DNA of 42,583 nt from a virus (Duplodnaviria; Caudoviricetes). Positions 26,780-35,800 of the stretch are shown piece after piece. The notes under the pieces are model-generated. The model saw only the letters and a list, made by a program, of their open reading frames with translations, did not search any database and was not told where the DNA came from. Position 1 is the first letter of the stretch; every line of letters begins with the position of its first letter. The translations under genes and the position numbers were made by a program. The stretch spans positions 1 to 42,583 of IMG/VR virus record IMGVR_UViG_3300044477_000049. One strand, 5' to 3'.

Positions 26780-26878
26780 TGGGGCATCGGGGATTGAACC
26801 CGATTAGATCGTTTATCATTGTCTGCGGGAGGTGTTGCGCCCAAATCGATCGCAACCGGAACCGCGTCCAGACACCCC
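26780..26878 (-). ncRNA. tRNA-like RNA 2 (large anticodon-arm insertion)
   Basis: Acceptor GGGGTGT/ATGCCCC; D-like hairpin CTGGA-CGCGGT-TCCGG; stem GATCG/CGATC enclosing 35 nt; T arm CGGG-TTCAATC-CCCG. Confidence 0.5.
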
Positions 26879-26880
26879 GT

Positions 26881-26905
26881 AAAAATGCCGGAATTTCACC
26901 GGCAT
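26881..26905 (-). terminator. Intrinsic terminator-like hairpin after the holin candidate
   Basis: ATGCCGG-TGAAATT-CCGGCAT followed by a T run. Confidence 0.65.
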
Positions 26906-26911
26906 AATAAA

Positions 26912-27361
26912 TCACTCAATAATATTTTTGGGTATTGCAGTATAAACGTTTCTCACAATCTTACTGCGATTAGAACCCGTGACGCCCTCGCCCTTGTTAT
27001 CGATATGCAAAAATATGCCGATATAAGTAATTGCACCACCAAGAACAATTCCGATAAGTCCGTCTGAAACTTCATTTACACCGAGAACACGTTGAATAAT
27101 AAGCGCGACCGCCGCACCGACGAGAGCCGTTGAAAAAACGTATGGCGGGAATAGTTTCCCATCGCGGAAAAAGAATTGTCCGACATTCAATCTTTCGGCG
27201 ATTTCTTCAATGACAATCCATGCCGCACCCCATAGCCATTTTGCGAATACTTTTGATTTTTTCACAATCTTCAATATTTGTGACGCACACCATGACGCGA
27301 CGATCGAAATGATATTGAGAATTTTTGTGATGAAACTAAAACTGAACTTTTTGCTTTTCAT
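26912..27361 (-). CDS. Membrane protein, holin candidate
   Basis: Several hydrophobic segments, basic N-terminus, close to the M23 peptidase. Confidence 0.5.
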   Translation of the reverse strand: MKSKKFSFSFITKILNIISIVASWCASQILKIVKKSKVFAKWLWGAAWIVIEEIAERLNVGQFFFRDGKLFPPYVFSTALVGAAVALIIQRVLGVNEVSDGLIGIVLGGAITYIGIFLHIDNKGEGVTGSNRSKIVRNVYTAIPKNIIE

Positions 27362-27397
27362 ATAACCCCCTGAAAGTATTTTGATTCCTTGATATTG

Positions 27398-27664
27398 TTA
27401 TTCGAATAATGGCATTGTTTCGTTGTCTACTGGTTTTTCTGGTTCCTTATTTTTGTCTACAAACGCGGTACATTTTGCATTTTTGTAATCATCGTCGCAT
27501 ACCCATTCTTTAGGATATTCTTTATCGTGTGCATCATGAACCAATGTTCTCGTTAATATAGAGCAATATTTTTCTTCTATTGAATTTTCTTTTGCGCATC
27601 TATCACAAAAAACATCGGTAAATATCATCCCTTCGGTTCCGTTTGATGGTTGATATAGTCTCAT
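27398..27664 (-). CDS. Conserved-looking phage Cys-rich protein
   Basis: YQPSNGTEG..F...FCDRC...C.IL...YPKEW...CTAF. Confidence 0.7.
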   Translation of the reverse strand: MRLYQPSNGTEGMIFTDVFCDRCAKENSIEEKYCSILTRTLVHDAHDKEYPKEWVCDDDYKNAKCTAFVDKNKEPEKPVDNETMPLFE

Positions 27665-27665
27665 A

Positions 27666-28112
27666 TCATATATCCAAAAGAAATGACGGGTCAATCACTT
27701 TCCAGTTGGCATCCCATGCCTGTAAATGCACATGAGGGCCTGTTGACATTCCGACATTCCCATAATATCCGACGACATCGCCTTTTTTAAATTTCTGACC
27801 AACGGAGCAATTATTTTTTTCAGTATGATAATAGGAGAAATAAAATACTTCTCCGTCAATGATTGCCTTGAACACGTCACGATTGCCTGTAGTATTTCCG
27901 CCGCCCGCAATCCATCGCTTGCTATCATCATAATTATCTTTATCATCCACGCATTCGCAATCACAACACGCGACAAGCGTTCTATCAATGTGATTGATAT
28001 TTGATATGTCAATTCCCTTGTGGATGTCGCTGAATGGTTTTCCATTCAATTGAAAATGACGCTCCTGTAAATATGTGCATACTATTTTATGCGGTTCACG
28101 TACTGGATACAT
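27666..28112 (-). CDS. M23 family peptidase (endolysin)
   Basis: HKGID, YYH, VGQKFKKGDVVG..GNVGMSTGPHVH and DP motifs. Confidence 0.92.
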   Translation of the reverse strand: MYPVREPHKIVCTYLQERHFQLNGKPFSDIHKGIDISNINHIDRTLVACCDCECVDDKDNYDDSKRWIAGGGNTTGNRDVFKAIIDGEVFYFSYYHTEKNNCSVGQKFKKGDVVGYYGNVGMSTGPHVHLQAWDANWKVIDPSFLLDI

Positions 28113-28949
28113 TTATTTTCCTCCTGATATTTTTTTAGCGTTCTTAATGAAAAGATGTTCCATCATTGATTTATCAATAACGGAAACTGATTTTTGAAAT
28201 TTTCCCGTTGCTTTAATATTCACACTCACGCGGTCAAGGCGACGCAACATTTTCACGCGGCTTCCGATTGCCTGAAAAACTCCGAACCCACGGACAAGAC
28301 CGAAAAAGAAAAATGGCTTTTTTGCATCCCAACCATAACGCGGATCAGCGATCTTTTTTCCTTTTCCGGAAAGCCCTGTGTATTTGTAAAATATTGCCCA
28401 TCGTTGTTTTCCGCTGAATCCATCGTTTTTAGTTCCAAGTGGTTTACCATTTGAAAATCGCAATACTTGCGGACGGCTTGATTTCTGTAGTTGCAATGCG
28501 CCTTTGATCGGCTTCATATTGCTATTGCTTGTTCTCGCGGCGTTTAACGGAAATGCGACCTTTCCATCAGTCTTTAAATTTCCTTTTGTTATTCCGCCTT
28601 CTTCCTGTTTTAATAAATAATGATCTTTTCCGCCTTTCATTTTCATAACACCGACAACGGCATTTATTTTTTCAATCGGTCTGAAATCGCCTTTTGAATT
28701 TTGCGGACGTGAAAGATTTTTTTTGACTGCATTTTCCGTGAATTTATTGCGGAGTTTAAATCCTTTCAATTCACTTTTATATTTTGCCTCGATCATATTA
28801 GCCGCGTCGTTTACTGTATGACTGCTTGCGATTGCAATTCCGCCGTGCTTTTTTTTGAGCATTGCGGTGTATTCGTTTATATTGTCTTTGTATTTTATCA
28901 TATTATTATCATTTGTTGATTGTGTTGATAATTTTGTTATTATCTTCAT
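28113..28949 (-). CDS. Basic protein resembling gpZ/HK97 gp10-like tail completion (virion morphogenesis) proteins
   Basis: HTVNDAA...FKLRNKFT, YLLKQEEGG and AFPL patterns; very Lys-rich. Confidence 0.5.
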   Translation of the reverse strand: MKIITKLSTQSTNDNNMIKYKDNINEYTAMLKKKHGGIAIASSHTVNDAANMIEAKYKSELKGFKLRNKFTENAVKKNLSRPQNSKGDFRPIEKINAVVGVMKMKGGKDHYLLKQEEGGITKGNLKTDGKVAFPLNAARTSNSNMKPIKGALQLQKSSRPQVLRFSNGKPLGTKNDGFSGKQRWAIFYKYTGLSGKGKKIADPRYGWDAKKPFFFFGLVRGFGVFQAIGSRVKMLRRLDRVSVNIKATGKFQKSVSVIDKSMMEHLFIKNAKKISGGK

Positions 28950-28952
28950 TCC

Positions 28953-29273
28953 CTAAAAAGGAATATCGTCGTCCGAGAAATGCGGACTTGATTCTGATCC
29001 TTCGAAAGTATCTTTTACTATATCGGCGGTACTGGATGCGGAATCGGACGCTCCGTCTTTCTTTTCAACGTCAAACATTGAAACGATAAATGTATCTTTA
29101 TTTTCAGGGTTCGGAATTCCAGCGGGATTAAATGTACGGTTCATTATCATAAATTTTCCGCCGTCATCTTTTTGGATTATCGCGCCGATATTTAACCAGT
29201 TTGTTTTTTCCTGTCCATCGCGGTTAGTGTATTTGCTTGTTGCGACGCATAGATTTTTAATTTTTTTAGACAT
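28953..29273 (-). CDS. Single-stranded DNA-binding protein-like
   Basis: YTNRDGQEKTNWLNIG; acidic tail ending DDDIPF. Confidence 0.75.
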   Translation of the reverse strand: MSKKIKNLCVATSKYTNRDGQEKTNWLNIGAIIQKDDGGKFMIMNRTFNPAGIPNPENKDTFIVSMFDVEKKDGASDSASSTADIVKDTFEGSESSPHFSDDDIPF

Positions 29274-29318
29274 TGTGTACTCCTGTTATTTTTTATTATT
29301 ATTGGTTGAAAATTGCAA

Positions 29319-30356
29319 TCAAAATAAATTTTTCTGATCGTCAATTTCATCTTCAATTTTAATATCTTTCAAGTTCATAATTGATTGTTTGAAATAACTT
29401 TCTTTTAATTCGATGCCAACTCCTTTTCTGCCATTCATAACCGCGCCGTAAACTTCAGAACCTACACCCATAAACGGAGTAAAAACAATTTCGTTATGAT
29501 TTGAATATAGTTCGATAATACGATTTATGACATCTAACTGTAACGGATGAACATGTTTTTCATCGTCCGGATCTTTACTGTCTTTGAATGGCAAAACGTT
29601 ATCAATTCTTATATCATCCCAAACAGATGAGGCGTAACGTTGCCAAATATAATGACTCAATTTATTACCTTTAGGGTCTCCTTTGTCGTAATATTCCTTA
29701 TTGAGATAATTCCATAACTCATTTTCCGTGAATTTTGTTTCATGCGTGTTATTGAATGCATTCAATATGTTAGGCAATATCGGAATTTCTCCGTGATATT
29801 TTTTCAATCCGCGTTCATGAGTTACGGGAACCGCATTGTTTCCTTTTTTTACAAAAATCAAAACATAGTCCGGAATCGCAGTAAAGCATTGTGTAGAATC
29901 TTCTACAATCATTTTATGCATTAAGGATTTTACCATTGTACGCATACGGACTTTTAAAGGTTCTTTCCATATTGTTATACGATTTTTATATTGAAATCCG
30001 TATTTTTTATGCAATTCTATTATTTCATGTGGCAAATCCCAAAGATCATGAGTAACGACACTACCGACAATATCCTGACAATGCACGGCGGTTATTCGTC
30101 CCGGTTTTGTTATTCGCGCCATTTCTTTAATCAGAAATTCGTATTGTTCAAGAAATCCTTCTTTAGTCGCATTGTTTGAAAAATCATTTTCAGAACTTGA
30201 ATATTTATACAATCCCGCAAATGGCGGAGAATATACCGAAAGATCAATTGAATCTTCAGGCATTTCTGAAATTACATTCATGCAATCATCATTATAGATG
30301 CTGTAATTTTCCGTATGGATCTGATTTTCTTTTTTCATTTTATCACCTTTTACCAT
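29319..30356 (-). CDS. Amino-DNA methyltransferase, beta class (N4-C/N6-A)
   Basis: N-terminal SPPF catalytic motif; HVHPLQ; C-terminal TPFMGVGS...GIELK SAM-binding motif. Confidence 0.92.
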   Translation of the reverse strand: MVKGDKMKKENQIHTENYSIYNDDCMNVISEMPEDSIDLSVYSPPFAGLYKYSSSENDFSNNATKEGFLEQYEFLIKEMARITKPGRITAVHCQDIVGSVVTHDLWDLPHEIIELHKKYGFQYKNRITIWKEPLKVRMRTMVKSLMHKMIVEDSTQCFTAIPDYVLIFVKKGNNAVPVTHERGLKKYHGEIPILPNILNAFNNTHETKFTENELWNYLNKEYYDKGDPKGNKLSHYIWQRYASSVWDDIRIDNVLPFKDSKDPDDEKHVHPLQLDVINRIIELYSNHNEIVFTPFMGVGSEVYGAVMNGRKGVGIELKESYFKQSIMNLKDIKIEDEIDDQKNLF

Positions 30357-30359
30357 TTT

Positions 30360-31730
30360 TTATTTTATAAATGCGGGCATTTTTATGCCTGTATTTTTCT
30401 TTTTAATATTCGGTTCAATATGTCCGTGCAAATTATCATTTAGGCGTTGTTGTAATTCAATGGCATTGTTCATTTTGAGTTCAAGAGTTTCAAGAACACG
30501 CTCTTGTCCATCAGATAAAACAAGATCAACCGTGACGAGTCTTTTTTGCCCGAAACGATAAAACCGCCTTATTGCCTGATAGTATTGTTCATAACTCCAT
30601 GTTGGGAAATATACCGTATGGTTGCAATGTTGCCAGTTCAATCCGAAACTTGTCATTTTTGGTTTTGTAATAATTCTTTTTATTTCGCCTTTCGCAAATG
30701 CAAAAAGTATTTCTTCTTTTTTGTCGATACTCATTGATCCTTGAATTTCAACCGCGTCTTTGTCAATGTCGTTCAAAAGTTCGCTTTCTTTATTTAAATT
30801 TGTCCAGTATACCGAAGTTTTTTTTATTGCGAGTTCAACCGCTTTTTCACATCGTTTTTCTATTGTCGCTTTTTGCTCTTCGCGCACTTCTGTCATTGAT
30901 TTTGAGTCATAATTGAATAATTGAATTTGACCATTGATTATAAGATTATTTTCATTTTTTACTTTGTGAATATTTTTAATCAATTCTGGCAAAACGTATC
31001 TTTCGTCGCTGAATCTAACGTCAGACGGTTTTTTAATGGACATTGACCAACTGTTGACCCACCGAAAAAATGAATCCGTCGCGTGTGGCTTTAAGCTCCA
31101 TTTGTTGCCAATGTCCATAGGACGCAATGTGTTTTCTTTGTTGGTAAAATATTTTGAAAGCATGTCCATGTAACCCAAATATCCTAACGCCTCAGAACTT
31201 GTTCCGAGTTCAATAAAGTCGTTCGGTGCGGGGGTTGCAGTTGACACGAATCTATATTTTATCTTTTTCATAAACTCGGTTATTTGAGTCTTGAACGCGC
31301 CGTCAAAGTTTTTCAATATTGATGATTCGTCAAGAATGACCGCTCCAAAATCATTTGAATTGAAATAATGCAATCTTTCATAATTACAAACTACAATTTT
31401 ACTTTTATATTTTCCGTCGCGTGAATGCTCAATGTCAATATCAATCGTTTTTGCTTCTTCCAAAAATTGGAACGCAACTGCAAGCGGAGTCAATATCAAT
31501 ACATTTCCGTTTGTTTTTTGTACGATATTTTGAGCAATGACAAGTTGCATCAAAGTTTTTCCGAGTCCAGTATCAGCGAATATTCCTGCACGTCCTTTTT
31601 TCAATGACCACTCAGTTATATATTTTTGAAAATCAAACATTCTATCCGGAATGAAAACAGGATCAAAGCCAAAATTTCCTGACAATTGTTGTTTGTTCAA
31701 TAAAAACTTTTCATACTCATCAATCATCAT
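30360..31730 (-). CDS. SNF2-like helicase/ATPase
   Basis: ADTGLGKT, LDESSILK, TATPAPND, FGLNWQ and QAIRRFYRFGQ motifs. Confidence 0.9.
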   Translation of the reverse strand: MMIDEYEKFLLNKQQLSGNFGFDPVFIPDRMFDFQKYITEWSLKKGRAGIFADTGLGKTLMQLVIAQNIVQKTNGNVLILTPLAVAFQFLEEAKTIDIDIEHSRDGKYKSKIVVCNYERLHYFNSNDFGAVILDESSILKNFDGAFKTQITEFMKKIKYRFVSTATPAPNDFIELGTSSEALGYLGYMDMLSKYFTNKENTLRPMDIGNKWSLKPHATDSFFRWVNSWSMSIKKPSDVRFSDERYVLPELIKNIHKVKNENNLIINGQIQLFNYDSKSMTEVREEQKATIEKRCEKAVELAIKKTSVYWTNLNKESELLNDIDKDAVEIQGSMSIDKKEEILFAFAKGEIKRIITKPKMTSFGLNWQHCNHTVYFPTWSYEQYYQAIRRFYRFGQKRLVTVDLVLSDGQERVLETLELKMNNAIELQQRLNDNLHGHIEPNIKKKNTGIKMPAFIK

Positions 31731-31760
31731 AAACCTCTTTTAAAATTAAATATCATGTAT

Positions 31761-31809
31761 GTCAATAAATTGTTTTGTTGTAATTGTCAAGGGTTATTTG
31801 TTGTTTTGT
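31761..31809 (-). promoter_or_regulatory. Tandem variants of the repeated promoter/operator motif
   Basis: ACAACAAATAACCCTTGACA followed by ACAACAAAACAATTTATTGACA. Confidence 0.65.
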
Positions 31810-31813
31810 TTAT

Positions 31814-32416
31814 TCATCCCCATTGATCGGCCATAGCATTAGCAATTCCATTAAATGTTTTTGCTCGTATATGCGGGTTTCTTGTTTTCCCGTCTGTAAA
31901 ATATGTTTTCTTGCCGGATGAAAGAATTGAAAATGGTTCCGGTTTTTTACAATGAGTCTTTTTGTAAAATAAATTGTCATCTTCTGAATGTAGTAATTGG
32001 GGTAAATTTTTTAACCATAACCATGTAGTTTTTTGATCCGAGTCTCCAAAATAATATGGCTGTATTTCTTGCGTATATTTTGCAATAACAGGACTTGCGC
32101 ATCCTTTTGGATTTTCAAGGCATATTTTTTCTATCGGTGATTCCCATAATTGTCTAAAAAATTCAAGAGCTTCAAGGCGTAATTTTATTCTTCCCTTATT
32201 GTTCCAATGCCTTGTTCCGGCATAACTTAAGTATGTACAAGGCGGATGGCCTATCATCATATCAAATCCATCGTTTATAATGTCAAAAACATCTCCTTGA
32301 TAGTGTGGTCCTGGTTGATCTGATGGCAATAAATCGCATGAAATAGCATTATGCCCTTTTGAAATAAAAGCATCCCTGACGATCCCGGAAAATTCACATG
32401 CAATTAAAATTTTCAT
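31814..32416 (-). CDS. Phage-type C5 cytosine DNA methyltransferase (short form)
   Basis: LIACEFSG, SCDL, HPPCT, LENP and KTFNGIANAMADQWG motifs. Confidence 0.85.
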   Translation of the reverse strand: MKILIACEFSGIVRDAFISKGHNAISCDLLPSDQPGPHYQGDVFDIINDGFDMMIGHPPCTYLSYAGTRHWNNKGRIKLRLEALEFFRQLWESPIEKICLENPKGCASPVIAKYTQEIQPYYFGDSDQKTTWLWLKNLPQLLHSEDDNLFYKKTHCKKPEPFSILSSGKKTYFTDGKTRNPHIRAKTFNGIANAMADQWG

Positions 32417-32447
32417 AACACCTCAATTAAAAATAAAATAATATCAA

Positions 32448-35159
32448 TCAAAACGGAATATCAATTTCATCCGGATCATATTTCTTTTCGCCCTTGTATA
32501 TATCAATAATGACGGCGTTCTGTGTGAGGTTGTTTATATTCGCCTGTTTCTCAATGACAAAATTCTTATGACGATGAAAAATCTTTGAATATCCATCCTC
32601 ACGATTCAAAATCCTTTTCAATTTATCACTATTTTTTGACAACGCTAAATTACCGTCACGTTGTAAACTCATGCCGTAATGACCAATGATCCGCTTGATC
32701 TCTTTTTCGGCAGTTATATCTGATGTTTTTTTCACCGCGTTTTTCGCGCTCTGTTCAGTATAAAATGATAAGTCTGGATAAAATAACGAATAATCTTTAT
32801 TCCGCAAACAATCAAGTGATTCCTTAATACTGATTTTCCGCCTTTCACGTCCTACCGAAACTTCCACCACTTCGTCAAAAATCTTTTTCATGAGTTCTTC
32901 TGTTTCATTTCTGTCTTCCTCTACTCCGACTGTCTGATAATATTTTTCCAAAAATCTATGAATGTTATCGCGGGTCATTTCAAAGTTGTGAAAAATATTT
33001 ATATACGTTGAAATCAAAATTGATTCCGCGTCTGCTGATCGTGATGATTTACCAAATCCCGCTGTCTTATCTTTCATAATATCAATGATGATTTTAGTAT
33101 CTTCAATTATTTTTGGGAGCATTCGCCATGCGAGAGAATGGATTCGTCTGCAATTTTCGGTTGTGAGAAATGCATCAATTTCATTTTCAACCTCACTCCA
33201 CACGCGGCGTTCTTCTCCAGTGTGTTTGACTTTCTTGTTATCAAAATTGACTTTCAATATTCGGTTATCGTCTGCAATATCAGAAATAGTAGGAGTGATT
33301 GAAACAAACAGAAACATATTTTTCATCTTATATTCAACAGCTTGTTGTTCTTGATTGCTTTTAACGCCCGAAGGTGAATTATCAGAAGATGACGCCCGCA
33401 TCATTGAGAAAAGCGCGTTTCTATTTTGATTTTTGTCTGAGTCAATTGAGTTCTGGTTTGCTTCCGCCTCTTCCAATAATACCGCACATGAGTCAATACC
33501 TGTTTTCGCTCGTATTCCCGCAGGTGACGTATAGTGTGCATTCAGGTGCATTCCGTTTGATATTGGTACGACTATTTTTTCAAGGATTGTTGTTTTCCCC
33601 GATCCTGATTCACCCGTGAGTAGTAATCCCGGTCTGAATTTCAACGCGCCGCAAAACGGGGAAATAATCGACCATGATAATAATTTAATCATATCTGACG
33701 TGCGCTCAAATGATGCGTCCTCACATAATTTCTTGAACCATATCATCTTTTCTTTTTCTATCGGCGCGTCATTGATTCCAATATCACGCTTGTTTTTCCG
33801 AAGGTACATATATTCGCCGGACGTTGTTCCGTGCGTTTGCTTGCCGTCGTGATAGATGAAATTATTATCCTCACGCCATGCACCGCGACCGCGTAACTTC
33901 GTGTCATCAAATTCACGAGAGAAACTTTCCTCTAATACATCATCGGTTGCTTTATCCCAAATGATAATTCCTTTTTCATTTTGATAACGCATCTGCCAAT
34001 AATCGAGCGGACATAAATCAAGTAGATTATCTTTTTGCGCTCTGTTTCGTTTTATGCTCATGAGGCGTTGTGAGCGGTCTATGAAAAACAGCATTCCATT
34101 ATCGGAAACGCCTAGACAGGTAGGACCTGATTTTGATATTTCTTCTCGCTCGATTTCTTCGGTATAATTGAGAATGTAGCTTTCAATTTCTTCGGGGGAT
34201 GCTTGCTCTAATAATTGCTCAATGTCCGCGCCTTTTTTATCCTCAATCTCAAAATGTTTATAAATCGTTTTTAATATTATTGCGTTCGGGAGCTTGCCTT
34301 TTATCTTATTTGCGGCGGTGAGTCCGGGAGCGTCATTGTCTGGAAGTATGTATACGCCGGTTCCGTCATTATAATATTTTTTCCATTCCGGTTTATCTGC
34401 GTTTTGACTGCCGCGATTATATGCGGTTGATATTGTGTTATTGAATGCCTTATTTGCGATCCGTGCGCACTTTGCACCTTCATGGATTATTTTCGGCTTA
34501 TCTTTTCCTGATCCTTTTACCGAGTCATGGAGATTATATATCAGATACGGCCCGTCTGACATTTTCAATGATTTACCATTATACCAAAATGTCGAAACTA
34601 CTTTTTCGCGCTTTCCTTCGATGGGTGCTTTTTCTGATTCGATACGCACGTCAATGCCAATGATATTTCCGTCAATGTCGTCATATTCCCATTTACCGCG
34701 CACGATTCCGCTTTTTGTAATTTCATTTTTTGAAAACCCGCGTACCCTATCTATATTTTCATCTGAATATATTGACTTCGCTTTTTCAATATCAACGGCG
34801 ACTGCGGGAAGTTTTTCCGCTGGTTTTTTTTCGGGTTCCGATTTTTTTGTATCATTATAATGTTCAGAAACACCGCCGAATATTTTTTCGAGAACTTCGT
34901 ATTGTTTCACGAATTCATGTTCATTTTGGACGTGACCAACGACATCGTATATATCACCGTCAAAATCACATGCAAAACATTTGACGCGGGAATGACCTGA
35001 CCCCTCGTTTTTATATAGTTTTGCGCTGAAATTCTTGTCGCCATTATTGTGAGCGGCATTATTTATACAGCGCATTTGTCCGTCTTGTCTGACTTCTATT
35101 CCTGAATATTGTAAATATCGTTCAAGACACGATAAATATTTTTCGCGTTCGATTGTCAT
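32448..35159 (-). CDS. Primase-helicase (zinc-binding, TOPRIM and P-loop ATPase domains)
   Basis: C....H...D...KCFAC; HEGAKCA and LPDNDAPG (TOPRIM); GESGSGKTT and VLLEEAE (Walker A/B). Confidence 0.9.
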   Translation of the reverse strand: MTIEREKYLSCLERYLQYSGIEVRQDGQMRCINNAAHNNGDKNFSAKLYKNEGSGHSRVKCFACDFDGDIYDVVGHVQNEHEFVKQYEVLEKIFGGVSEHYNDTKKSEPEKKPAEKLPAVAVDIEKAKSIYSDENIDRVRGFSKNEITKSGIVRGKWEYDDIDGNIIGIDVRIESEKAPIEGKREKVVSTFWYNGKSLKMSDGPYLIYNLHDSVKGSGKDKPKIIHEGAKCARIANKAFNNTISTAYNRGSQNADKPEWKKYYNDGTGVYILPDNDAPGLTAANKIKGKLPNAIILKTIYKHFEIEDKKGADIEQLLEQASPEEIESYILNYTEEIEREEISKSGPTCLGVSDNGMLFFIDRSQRLMSIKRNRAQKDNLLDLCPLDYWQMRYQNEKGIIIWDKATDDVLEESFSREFDDTKLRGRGAWREDNNFIYHDGKQTHGTTSGEYMYLRKNKRDIGINDAPIEKEKMIWFKKLCEDASFERTSDMIKLLSWSIISPFCGALKFRPGLLLTGESGSGKTTILEKIVVPISNGMHLNAHYTSPAGIRAKTGIDSCAVLLEEAEANQNSIDSDKNQNRNALFSMMRASSSDNSPSGVKSNQEQQAVEYKMKNMFLFVSITPTISDIADDNRILKVNFDNKKVKHTGEERRVWSEVENEIDAFLTTENCRRIHSLAWRMLPKIIEDTKIIIDIMKDKTAGFGKSSRSADAESILISTYINIFHNFEMTRDNIHRFLEKYYQTVGVEEDRNETEELMKKIFDEVVEVSVGRERRKISIKESLDCLRNKDYSLFYPDLSFYTEQSAKNAVKKTSDITAEKEIKRIIGHYGMSLQRDGNLALSKNSDKLKRILNREDGYSKIFHRHKNFVIEKQANINNLTQNAVIIDIYKGEKKYDPDEIDIPF

Positions 35160-35193
35160 TGATTCCCTCGGTGTTTATTGTAATTGCGCGTTA

Positions 35194-35334
35194 TTATATT
35201 ATCCGATAACCTATTTGTTTTACATGATCACAATATTCACCGAAATTCATTGTAATATGACCGTATCCTTTTTTCCATGAGTCAAAAACTTCATCAATAT
35301 TATATTCTGGAATTGCCCTAAAAATTAAACTCAT
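35194..35334 (-). CDS. Small hypothetical protein (46 aa)
   Basis: RBS GGAGG; MSLIFRAIPEY...; fills the intergenic gap. Confidence 0.5.
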   Translation of the reverse strand: MSLIFRAIPEYNIDEVFDSWKKGYGHITMNFGEYCDHVKQIGYRII

Positions 35335-35356
35335 AAATCCTCCCTATTTTTTATAT

Positions 35357-35800
35357 TTAATATTTCTTTCCGTGTTTATATTCTATTGTCGCATTGTACT
35401 TCATTTTCAACTCAATATGCTTTTCAAGGTCAATTCCGAGATAACCGCACATGTCTGCAATACGGATAACGGCGTCTGAAATTTCATCTTGAAATGTATC
35501 TTTTATCAAGTCTTCAAAATGTCTCTTAAAAACTTTTTCATCATTACAATTCAATAATTCATCCAAAAGCTTAACTGGTGAATTATGATTTTTTCTGTGC
35601 GCCTCTATCGCCTCACCCAGCTCTGACACGATAAGCATTAGAAGTTCAGCAATGTTTTTATCCTGATTATAGTTTGTCCCTCCGCAACAATCGTGCCCAT
35701 CTGGAGACTCGCTTCCGCCACATTCAGGACAATCATAAAAACCCTTACTCACCGCATTATCATGCGCTTGTTTTACAAGATCAGTTATTGTTAAGCTCAT
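35357..35800 (-). CDS. MazG-like nucleotide pyrophosphohydrolase with Cys insert
   Basis: LIVSELGEAIEA, DEISDAVIRIAD and KMKYN motifs. Confidence 0.85.
   Translation of the reverse strand: MSLTITDLVKQAHDNAVSKGFYDCPECGGSESPDGHDCCGGTNYNQDKNIAELLMLIVSELGEAIEAHRKNHNSPVKLLDELLNCNDEKVFKRHFEDLIKDTFQDEISDAVIRIADMCGYLGIDLEKHIELKMKYNATIEYKHGKKY

Noticed and set aside
26780-26878. tmRNA or attP remnant
   Set aside because: Too short for tmRNA and has no tag ORF; both 5' and 3' acceptor halves are present and no integrase is seen in the window, although one outside the window cannot be excluded
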